55,901 nt of DNA, taken from a virus. Its lineage: Duplodnaviria; Caudoviricetes. Shown in pieces: positions 8,077 through 16,300 of this stretch. The notes under the pieces were generated by a model. That model ran no database searches and was not told the DNA's origin. It saw only the letters and a list, made by a program, of their open reading frames with translations. The first letter of the stretch is position 1. Each line of letters opens with the position of its first letter. Where the stretch lies: positions 1 through 55,901 of the IMG/VR virus record IMGVR_UViG_3300045777_000097; one strand, given 5' to 3'. A program made the position numbers and the translations under genes.

Positions 8077-9246
8077 GTGGCGAACGAACGGCAGCAGATT
8101 CAGGTCATCGACCCGGTCCCTCTCATGGACACAGGGTCCTTCGAGCACCTTCAGCGCATCGCCTCGGCGATGGCGCGCTCGAGCCTGATCCCGGATTGCC
8201 TCCGGATGACGAAGGTGGTCGACGAGGACGGCTACCCGGTGAAGGAAAACGGGAAAGCCGTCGTCGAATTGCTGCCCTACGAGTCGATCCTCGCCAACTG
8301 CTTCCTCGTCGTCGAGCAGGCCGTCCGGTGGGGCGCGTCGCCCTTCGCCGTGGCTCAGTGCGTCAGCGTCGTCCGCGGGAAGCTCTGCTACGAGGGCAAG
8401 CTGGTCGCCGCGATCGTCGAGGCGAAGCTGGGCGTGCGCCTAACCTACACCTACGACGGGAAAAGCGGCGATCAGCGCGGGATCGTCGTCTCGGGGAAGA
8501 TCGGCGGGGAGTCTGAGGTTCGGATCGTGACCGGCACCGTCGGCGCGTGGAAGACGAACGGCAATATGTCCCCCTGGAAGAACGCTGAGAACCACGAGCG
8601 CATGCTCGCCTACCGCGGCGCGCGCGAGTGGGCCAGGCGGCATGCGCCGGGAATCATGCTGGGAGTTTACACCGACGACGAAATGTCCGACCTGCAGTCC
8701 GGCGGCCGCACGACGCAGCTTCGCGGCATCGAGCCGGTGCGCGACGCCCTCTCCGGCGAGAAGCCGAAGGCGATCGAGGCCCGGCCGGCGGTAGCCGAGA
8801 CCACGGAATCCTTGCCGGCCACGCCAGGCGAGGGAACGGAGGCTGCCGCCGCAGTCTCCGTGGGTGAGGAAGGGGATGTCCGGGAACCGTTAACCATGTC
8901 TCCGACGACATGCGCTTCGGGGAAGGTCTTGGACACCCCTTCCGACCCTGTTGCCGAGGCCGGAGAGGTCCAGCAGGACGTCTCGGCCGTCGAGGCGGAG
9001 AAGGATGGCCCCGAAGCCGAGAACGAGGCGCAGGAGCCCACGCAGCCGACCGACGACGCCTCCTACCAGCGGTGGGTGTTCTGGTGGTCCAGCAACCTCG
9101 TCCACTCGCACGAGGAAGCGTCCGCCAAATGGAAGGCCGAGCGCACGATCCGGAACAGGCTGCAAATCTCGTCCGAGACGGTCGACGCCTGCAAGGCGTT
9201 TCTCGGCAAGTCGTGGCCGGCTCCCCCGGCGAACGGGGAGGCGTGA
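8077..9246 (+). CDS. RecT-like single-strand annealing protein with acidic linker and small C-terminal domain
   Basis: ANCFLVVEQAVRWGASPFAVAQ...GKLCYEGKLVAA...MLAYRGAREWARRHAPGIMLGVYT; downstream of the RecE-like gene. Confidence 0.8.
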   Translation: MANERQQIQVIDPVPLMDTGSFEHLQRIASAMARSSLIPDCLRMTKVVDEDGYPVKENGKAVVELLPYESILANCFLVVEQAVRWGASPFAVAQCVSVVRGKLCYEGKLVAAIVEAKLGVRLTYTYDGKSGDQRGIVVSGKIGGESEVRIVTGTVGAWKTNGNMSPWKNAENHERMLAYRGAREWARRHAPGIMLGVYTDDEMSDLQSGGRTTQLRGIEPVRDALSGEKPKAIEARPAVAETTESLPATPGEGTEAAAAVSVGEEGDVREPLTMSPTTCASGKVLDTPSDPVAEAGEVQQDVSAVEAEKDGPEAENEAQEPTQPTDDASYQRWVFWWSSNLVHSHEEASAKWKAERTIRNRLQISSETVDACKAFLGKSWPAPPANGEA

Positions 9247-9247
9247 C

Positions 9248-9493
9248 GTGGAGGAACGGGAGCGGATCGCGCGGCTGATCGCCGGGGCGCTCCACGCGGG
9301 GCGTGAGAACGACATCGTCACCATCGGATCACGGCAGATCGCCCAAAGCGTCTTCGCGGTCCCGCCGAAGGAGTTTCAGGCGCCTTTGTGGAGCCTCTAC
9401 ACGACCGTCGCCGACGTCATCATCGGCGACCAGGAACGCCAGGCCGAAGCCGCCCGCGAACGATGGGCCGCGGCGTCTCCGGAAATTGACTGA
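9248..9493 (+). CDS. Hypothetical phage protein
   Basis: GTG start after GGGGAGG; (M)EERERIARLIAGALHAG... Confidence 0.6.
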   Translation: MEERERIARLIAGALHAGRENDIVTIGSRQIAQSVFAVPPKEFQAPLWSLYTTVADVIIGDQERQAEAARERWAAASPEID

Positions 9494-9528
9494 TTACCCT
9501 CATGCGCACGGTAGTGATAATACGTATA

Positions 9529-9558
9529 TTGCATATTTTGAATCGCGAGATATATACT
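9529..9558 (+). promoter_or_regulatory. Sigma70-like promoter
   Basis: TTGCAT-18 nt-TATACT in an AT-rich gap before the HTH gene. Confidence 0.5.
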
Positions 9559-9605
9559 CTGGCTATGTACTCAGGCGATTGTGCCTGGGGCTAGTGAGGT
9601 AAATT

Positions 9606-9896
9606 ATGACCCCACGGGACTATGCTGCGCTGCAGCGCGCCATGCAGATGGACACCGACACATTCGCCCAATGGCTGTGCTGCGGCCCGCGGACCGCTCA
9701 TCGGTGGCTGAACGGGGATCAGGACATCCCGCGCTGGATCGAGACGTTCGGCCCATTTTTAGTCGAGGCCGCTACCGGGCAGTGGGGGCCGGGTGTGCAG
9801 AAGCGCGTGCTCCTGCTCCCGCGGCTTGGCTTGCAACCCCTCCTGCCGCAGCAGCTTCGGCAGGCCACGGCCGACGCGACATCGGAGTCCCTCTAG
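9606..9896 (+). CDS. Small XRE/Cro-like HTH protein
   Basis: MDTDTFAQWLCCGPRTAHRWLNGDQDIP HTH pattern; GAGGT RBS. Confidence 0.7.
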   Translation: MTPRDYAALQRAMQMDTDTFAQWLCCGPRTAHRWLNGDQDIPRWIETFGPFLVEAATGQWGPGVQKRVLLLPRLGLQPLLPQQLRQATADATSESL

Positions 9897-10207
9897 TGTG
9901 GCGCCTTTGGCGCCATGCCTTGAAGGGCGCGCTTAACCTCGGCGAGGTCACTGGCTTGGACCTGTTCCTGTCCGGATATGGTTCCGAGGTTTCGTGCGAT
10001 TTCGGTCATTGATCGGCGGATGTCCGAAATATCGGACGCCATCGTCTGTGTCACCTCGTGCTCATGCACCATGTCGTGCTGCAAGCCGGTGACGTCTCGG
10101 AGCGTCGTGACCTGACCGGCTGAAAACCACCCGACCACGGCGACTACACCCGCCCCGGCGACGTATTTCAGCACCTCGATAGCGTGGTCGGCGGGGTGGA
10201 CGGACAT
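9893..10207 (-). CDS. Single-TM coiled-coil protein in the lysis region (holin- or spanin-like)
   Basis: YVAGAGVVAVVGWFSAG TM segment followed by coiled coil. Confidence 0.55.
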   Translation of the reverse strand: MSVHPADHAIEVLKYVAGAGVVAVVGWFSAGQVTTLRDVTGLQHDMVHEHEVTQTMASDISDIRRSMTEIARNLGTISGQEQVQASDLAEVKRALQGMAPKAPH

Positions 10208-10272
10208 CTGTTCTTCCCTAGAATCAGATCCACGCCGCCTCCGCCGTTCTATGTCGAACAGGTCGTCACGGT

Positions 10273-10413
10273 CTACCGGGATCGGCCGCCCACGAACCGG
10301 GCGATGGCCGCGAGCAGCTTCCGGGCGACATCGCGGAGGGTGACGGCGGCGGCCACGACCGCAACGATGATCGCCGCCATGGTGACGAGAATGACGATGA
10401 GACCTGTTTCCAC
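10273..10413 (-). CDS. 46-aa membrane peptide
   Basis: Hand translation (M)ETGLIVILVTMAAIIVAVVAAAVTLRDVARKLLAAIARFVGGRSR; GGAGG RBS. Confidence 0.5.
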   Translation of the reverse strand: METGLIVILVTMAAIIVAVVAAAVTLRDVARKLLAAIARFVGGRSR

Positions 10414-10416
10414 GGG

Positions 10417-11130
10417 TCAGCCTCCGGAAAGTTCTTTTTCGATGGCCGCGACGGTGAGTGGCCCGGCATCCCCGTCCACGTCGAGTTTTTCCTTGGCCTG
10501 GAATGCTTTGACGGGGTTGGGGAAGCCGAGCTTTTCCAGGGCGTCCAGAACGCCCTCGAGCGTCGTCAGGAGCGGCGCGGTCGGCTCTGCGGCGCCGGCC
10601 AGGTAGGATCCGGGCGGCGGGTAGTGGCCGGCGTCCGCTTCGGCTTTCACGCGCGCGATGAAGCCGGTGATCCACGCCGGGTTCGTCGATGGGTCGGAGT
10701 GGCCGCCGCCGTCTTTCCCGAGGCCGAAATGAGTCTCGAGGCCCTTGCCCGCCCCGCCCGGGGCACGCTGGATCGGGATGTTGTAGGTTTTGCAGAGATA
10801 GGCCGCCAGGCGGGCGGTGGTCAGCAACAGGGCGTCGCTGTAGCCGTTCTTGCTGTAGCCCGCCATCTCGATCCCGATGGTGCGAGAGTTGAACGCGCAG
10901 GCGTGCCAGGCCTTGTCGGAAACGCGGACGCACTGGTCGATCTTGCCGCCGTCCTCGCGGATGACGAAATGCGCCGAGACCTGCGACTGCTTTTCCTTGA
11001 ACCATTCGTCGGACGCATCGAAGTCGCCTTCGCAGTCGTGGATGACGATGCCGTCGATGTCGGCAGTGCGGGCGGAATAATTCGGCGACGGCGTCCACGA
11101 CAGGGGGGGGAGCCATTCGGCATTTGCCAT
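10417..11130 (-). CDS. Endolysin: N-acetylmuramoyl-L-alanine amidase (Amidase_2 type) with C-terminal peptidoglycan-binding domain
   Basis: SPNYS, IVIHDCEG, VSAHFVI, AWHAC, IGIEM, HSDP; VKAFQAKEKLDVDGDAGPLT. Confidence 0.93.
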   Translation of the reverse strand: MANAEWLPPLSWTPSPNYSARTADIDGIVIHDCEGDFDASDEWFKEKQSQVSAHFVIREDGGKIDQCVRVSDKAWHACAFNSRTIGIEMAGYSKNGYSDALLLTTARLAAYLCKTYNIPIQRAPGGAGKGLETHFGLGKDGGGHSDPSTNPAWITGFIARVKAEADAGHYPPPGSYLAGAAEPTAPLLTTLEGVLDALEKLGFPNPVKAFQAKEKLDVDGDAGPLTVAAIEKELSGG

Positions 11131-11142
11131 GATCGTGGTCCC

Positions 11143-11283
11143 TCAGATGGTGCGGGCGTCCGGCTGCGGAACCTTGCCGGGGGCGAAGCGATAGAAGGGG
11201 ACGAGGCGCTTCGGCGTTGGCACGGGGGCGGCTTCGACCTTCGGCGCCGGCGCGGCCGGCTTGGCGGCGTGTTTCTTGCTCAT
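11143..11283 (-). CDS. 46-aa Pro/Ala-rich peptide
   Basis: Hand translation MSKKHAAKPAAPAPKVEAAPVPTPKRLVPFYRFAPGKVPQPDARTI; AAGGAG RBS. Confidence 0.5.
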   Translation of the reverse strand: MSKKHAAKPAAPAPKVEAAPVPTPKRLVPFYRFAPGKVPQPDARTI

Positions 11284-11296
11284 TTCAGGGCTCCTT

Positions 11297-11950
11297 TCAG
11301 TTGTTGGCCCAACCCTCCGAGAGGGCTTCCCAGCCGTCCGGCTTCGGCCCGCGCGACGGCGGCCAGATCCCGGAGGCGATCAGGACCCAGGTCTCCGCCA
11401 TGGTCCCGCGGCGCTCCGCCTCGCCGTTGGAGACGGTCCCGGCCTTCTCGAAGCTGATCGTGGCCGACATCGCGACGCCGTAGGCGCTGCGCCTGGCCGT
11501 GATCGCGGCGGCGCCGTAGCCGAGGGGGAAAGTGGCGAACTCCCACAGGGTCGCGCGGACCTCGTTCTCGAGCGTGTTCTGGCCGGCGAGGACCAGCGCC
11601 TTGATGTCGATGCCGAGGCCGGGCGCGGTGATCCTGCCATCGGCGGTCTTGTGGCCATCCCGGATCGCCACGGTGCGCGCTTCCTTGCGCTGGTAGAGGC
11701 CGAAGCTCGTCGGCGTGCCGACCGGGTGCGGCGCCCACGACAGGCGCTTGCCGGCCTCATCGACGTAGTCGCCCATCCCGTTCGGATCGAGGTCCTCGTT
11801 CTCCCCTTCGGCGCACCCGAGCATGCCAAAGGCGAACGGATTCGGGTGCCCGGCGGCGCGGTAGAGGGCGTGCAGCTTCCGCGCGCGGGTGAACAGCGTC
11901 TGGCCATCCGGGGAGGCAGGATCAGGCCACAGGGGGATCGTTATGTTCAT
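11297..11950 (-). CDS. Phage tail-lysozyme-like peptidoglycan hydrolase
   Basis: GMLGCAEGE...DP...GD...SFGLYQ...FEKAG...RR pattern. Confidence 0.65.
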   Translation of the reverse strand: MNITIPLWPDPASPDGQTLFTRARKLHALYRAAGHPNPFAFGMLGCAEGENEDLDPNGMGDYVDEAGKRLSWAPHPVGTPTSFGLYQRKEARTVAIRDGHKTADGRITAPGLGIDIKALVLAGQNTLENEVRATLWEFATFPLGYGAAAITARRSAYGVAMSATISFEKAGTVSNGEAERRGTMAETWVLIASGIWPPSRGPKPDGWEALSEGWANN

Positions 11951-12086
11951 CGTCGTCCTCCAGATAGACCTTCGCCGCGGCCGCCATGTACCGCAGGAAC
12001 GGCCACGCCGAGATCATGCCCCACACCGCAGCGCCCACGGCGGCGGCTGCGAGCGTCCCCCAGCCGATCTGCTGGGCGTCCGTCAT
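11922..12086 (-). CDS. Small membrane protein with acidic tail
   Basis: MTDAQQIGWGTLAAAAVGAAVWGMISAWPFL...; ATGA overlap. Confidence 0.55.
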   Translation of the reverse strand: MTDAQQIGWGTLAAAAVGAAVWGMISAWPFLRYMAAAAKVYLEDDDEHNDPPVA

Positions 12087-12454
12087 GCGCGCTGGCCGCC
12101 GCGCCCGAGTTGCGTCTGCGCGTCCCGCATCGGGTTTGGATCGCCGTGGATCGTCCCGTCGGCGATTCCTTCGATGATGTACGCAGCAAGCGCCTCGGCG
12201 GCCGGAGCCGCGAGCGTGGCGACAAGGGGGCCGCCGGCCGCCCGGAGCGCCGCCTCGATGATGGTGTCCGCGACCGCTTCCCCGTCCGAGACGGTCGCCG
12301 CGCCCTCGACCAGCCGCGAGGCGACGGCCCCGAGCGCGCGGACATCGCCGCCGGTGAGCGTCAGCTTGCCGATCTGAATGGCCGGCGCGGCAGGGGCCGT
12401 AGCCACCGGCGGCGCGACGACCAGTTGCCTGATCAGGTCGCCGAGCCAACTCAT
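12083..12454 (-). CDS. Ala-rich hypothetical protein
   Basis: 123 aa; ATGA overlaps. Confidence 0.7.
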   Translation of the reverse strand: MSWLGDLIRQLVVAPPVATAPAAPAIQIGKLTLTGGDVRALGAVASRLVEGAATVSDGEAVADTIIEAALRAAGGPLVATLAAPAAEALAAYIIEGIADGTIHGDPNPMRDAQTQLGRGGQRA

Positions 12455-12801
12455 TTCTGGGCGAGTCCGGCGGCAACCGTCTGCCCGACGAACTCGGCCG
12501 CGTTGATCGCGATGCCGGCCAGCGGCGCCGCGGCGGCGAGGGTCTGGGCGTCGGTCGCGGTCGCGGCGTTGCCGACGAGCAGGCGCTTGACGACCGTCTG
12601 CACGGTCGCGTTGTTCGGGTTCGCCGCGGCGATCTGGTTGAGCAGGGCAGCGTTGAGGGTCGTGTACGCCTGGACGCCGGCGGCGGCGGTCGGCGCGGCG
12701 GCGACAGCCTTGTTCGCGGCGGACGTGACGGCGGCCTGGTTGGCGCAGCCGGCGAGCGCGAGGCCAGCGAGGGCAACGCCGATGAAAGCGAATCTGGTCA
12801 T
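12451..12801 (-). CDS. Lipoprotein (possible spanin component)
   Basis: MTRFAFIGVALAGLALAG-C lipobox. Confidence 0.75.
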   Translation of the reverse strand: MTRFAFIGVALAGLALAGCANQAAVTSAANKAVAAAPTAAAGVQAYTTLNAALLNQIAAANPNNATVQTVVKRLLVGNAATATDAQTLAAAAPLAGIAINAAEFVGQTVAAGLAQK

Positions 12802-12850
12802 GACGGTTCTCCGAGGGGGAAGAGGGCCGGGCGCGGGGCCCGGCGTGCGG

Positions 12851-13270
12851 TCACTTCGCGGCGGCGGGGGCGGCGCTGGTCATCGTCGCCTGCAGCTTGC
12901 CGATCTGGCCCACGATGATCGAGGCGGCGAGCTCGGGCGTGAGGCCCGTCGCGGAAACGGCCCTGGCGAGCGCCGGCGCCGAGGCGGAGACGATCGCGTT
13001 GGCGGCGGCGGCGATGCCCGGGGATCCGACGTTGACCTGGGCAGTCGCGAGATTGCCGAGCGCGCCGGCGACGAGCTTCCCGGCCTCGTTGGCGCAGGCC
13101 GTCTCGATCTGCGTCTGGTAGGCGGAGGCGACTGCGATGCCGGCGCCCTTGAGCGCGGCGAAGACGAGGCCGCCAAGGGCGAGGACGACGGACCCGGCGA
13201 TGGCGGAGATGTAGGGCTGCAACGCCTCGATGAGGGGCGCGACGTTCACGACGGCGGTTGGGTCGGACAT
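12851..13270 (-). CDS. Holin-like membrane protein
   Basis: YISAIAGSVVLALGGLVFAAL TM segment; first gene of the lysis cassette; GGAG RBS. Confidence 0.55.
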   Translation of the reverse strand: MSDPTAVVNVAPLIEALQPYISAIAGSVVLALGGLVFAALKGAGIAVASAYQTQIETACANEAGKLVAGALGNLATAQVNVGSPGIAAAANAIVSASAPALARAVSATGLTPELAASIIVGQIGKLQATMTSAAPAAAK

Positions 13271-13321
13271 GGATGTCTCCAATGATCCGACGCCAGGCCG
13301 CCGCAGGGCGTCACAGGCCGC

Positions 13322-13350
13322 CCTCTACCACACGGCTGATAGGGCATCAA
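13322..13350 (-). promoter_or_regulatory. Sigma70-like promoter for the lysis cassette
   Basis: TTGATG-17 nt-TAGAGG with an upstream TG. Confidence 0.4.
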
Positions 13351-16300
13351 TTCCCCCATCGCCATGCGCTTGTGCTGTCGTCGCAGTGCGCCCAATTGTT
13401 GACCGTCGTCGATCCGCCCGCAGTCACAGTCCCGTTCCAGGCCGGGGCAGCGTTTGCGAGCGTGTCGTGGACAAACGCCCGAGCGCCCCGGACCGCGCTC
13501 GTGCAGGAGATCGCAAGCAACGTCGCTATCGAAAGCTGCTTGCTCGGATAGACCAAGCCGTCTGCATACCAACACTCGCCATAGACCCCCTGCGGGCTCC
13601 AACACGTTTGCCCCGCTGCGATGCCCGAACCCCATGAAGTCGCGGATGTCCCGACGCTCATAGTGGCCGATCCGCCCGGATGCCGGTGCATAATGATCCC
13701 CGTTGGGGATATCTGCATTTGAGCGTCGGAGTTTCCGCTGATCGGGTTTACGCCCGTGACCGAGAGCCCGACAGCGGTATCGCCTCCGCCCGTGTTGATC
13801 TCGACCGGGTTGACCGGGCTGTCCTCGTTCGGCCCAATTCCGAGAGAAGTAAATCGTCCTGTTGTGAGGGTGTTGATCGCCCCAAACGACTGCACCCCTG
13901 CATACTCGATACCGACATAGGGGATCTGCCCGGCATTGTTGACGGTGGTAGTTGAATATAAATTCAGCACATCCCCGATTGCCACAGTCGAGGCTGCTGT
14001 GGATTTCAGCGTCACCGTCGTTCCAACAACCGATGCCGATGTTCCGACGACCAGACCCGTAGTCGTATCGCGGACGCTGACACCATTAGACAATGCAGTC
14101 GCCCACGCTGGCGGTGTCGATGGGAGAGTGAACGAAGTCGTCACACCTGACGTTATCGTGGCGCTGTTGGTGAAGTTTGCCCCGTAGTTGCTTACAAGCA
14201 CCGGGCCTGCTGCGACCCACCCGGCGTCCAGGTTGTGGATGCCTTGGTAAAACTCTCCGAGCTTTGCTGCACCGATCCAGTTCGATCCCCGCATCATAAG
14301 CACTGCGTCGGCCGCGTTGACATAAGTCGAGTTGCTACTGATCCCGACGCCCAAAGCTTGTATGGTGCAGTTTGAAAAGATATGACCGAACGAATAGCCG
14401 TCGATCTTGATTGCGACGCTTTCCCAATCGGTGAAGAACGGAAAATCAACGCCGCAGTTGTTGACTGTGATCCAAGTTGATTGATTGCCCATGTGGAACG
14501 CAACGTCGTAGTATAGGACAAACACATCCGAAAGATAAAGCAACTGGTCGTCTCCGACCCCTCCGAAGTTGAAAGCGGTTCCATGGCGGAGCAGCGATGT
14601 GACTTGCAGCGTTCCACCGCTGGTATAGGTTCCGGGCGTCAGCGTGAATGTATCACCCGTCTGCGTCGTCAATGCTTGAGCATTGATCTGCGCCGAGCCG
14701 GAGGTTGCATCGAACCACGAGATCGACGTGCCGCCCGGCAATGACGAAGCAGAGTCCGTGACGGTGTAGCAGGCGGCAGTGGTCGAGCACGCACGTCCTG
14801 GAAGGCCGACAAGCCCGGTCAGGAAATACCGCGCGCCCGTCGTGTCGCCGACGCCAATCGTGTTCCCGGTGGCGGTGAAGGCGCCGTAGTGCGCCCCGGA
14901 GAGGGTGGCGCAAACGGAGCCCGAGCAGGAGGAAACGGCCGAAATCGTCCAGCGGTCCACGAGATCAGGCCGTCCGCCTGTGCCACTGACGAAGACGACA
15001 TCGCCGACCTGCACATCCGAACCCGAAGGGAGGATCACCTGGACAGCATTTGACCCGCCGTTTTGGATCCCGGATATAGAATAGGTCGTCGTCTGGTTCG
15101 TAGAGTTCTGCGTCAAATATGGCTCAAACTGCACATCATGTATGCTGCCGACATCGTGGACATATTCAAAGGTCGCGCCATTCGTGCAGTCGCCCCGCAC
15201 ATGCTGCATCGACGGATGGATGGTCTCGAAATCAGCGCACTGCGCAAAGCCGAGGATAGACGTGTTGATGATCTGGGCGTTCTGCCCGCCGACTGCCGGG
15301 ACACTGTCCGCCGGGGCGAGCACGCCGGTCCCTGCGAAAAGCGCGAGTTGCTGCAACTGCTGTCGCGTCGTTCCGGTCAGCAACGAGGGCGAGAGGTTCG
15401 GGTTGATGACCTCGAGTTGGATCGCGGCCGATGGGCGCAGGACCACCGCCGCCGACGCTGTGGTCGATCCGCCGAGTTCGCAGGCCCGCGTCCCGTAGGC
15501 CGACACCTGAAACGGCTGGATCGCCTGGAGGTTCTGCGCGCAAGCGAGCGTGATCCCACTCGGAACGACGATCTGCGCCGAGGCGGCGAGACATCCGGTA
15601 GGCGCGGACAGATAGTAGGTTCCGGCGCCGCCTGAGCTTGTCGCAAAGGCTGCGAGATCCGCGTTGAGGGCGGTTGCGATATCGGTCGATCCGGTGAGCG
15701 CGCCGTTGCAGGAGAGGTTGGAATATTTCACGGGTCCGCCCGCCAGCGCGAGACCCCCGTTGACCGTCAGCGTGTTCGCCGCCGTTTCGCCCAGGGTGAT
15801 GTTGCCGCCCTCGTTCAGGGTCAGGGCGGCCGTGAAAGCATTGTATCCGTCCAGGAAGCTCATGTGGCTTCCAGTCCCGTAGCCACCCGAGGACGCAAGC
15901 TGCCAGTTATAGTGGCTGGTGGTGGTGTCGCCCCGGAAATAGATGCTGGCGGCGTTGGTTCCGCTTGCTGGCGTCATGTATACTTTCGCGTCACCACTCC
16001 CCGGAGCGATTGACAGCGTGTTGCGTCCGCAATTGTCATTGTCGAAGACGCCGGGCGTGCTGCCGGAAATGTTGTTGACGGGACAAGACCCGGTGATTCC
16101 GGTCGCATCGAATTGCGCCCACGTCCCGCTGACGGTCAATGGACCGCTCGCAAAGTCCGTTCCGACGACCGAAGCCCTGGCATTGACCGACGAGTCGTTG
16201 CTGGTCAGCGTGAGCGGGTTGAGGAAAAGACCGCCGGTGATCTTGAACTGGCTGATCGTGCCGCCGGATGCGGGCGCGAGCGTCGAGGCCGCCGTCTCGG

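Noticed and set aside
11261-13285. 674-aa plus-strand ORF
   Set aside because: Arg/Gly-rich shadow of the minus-strand lysis genes; typical high-GC artefact
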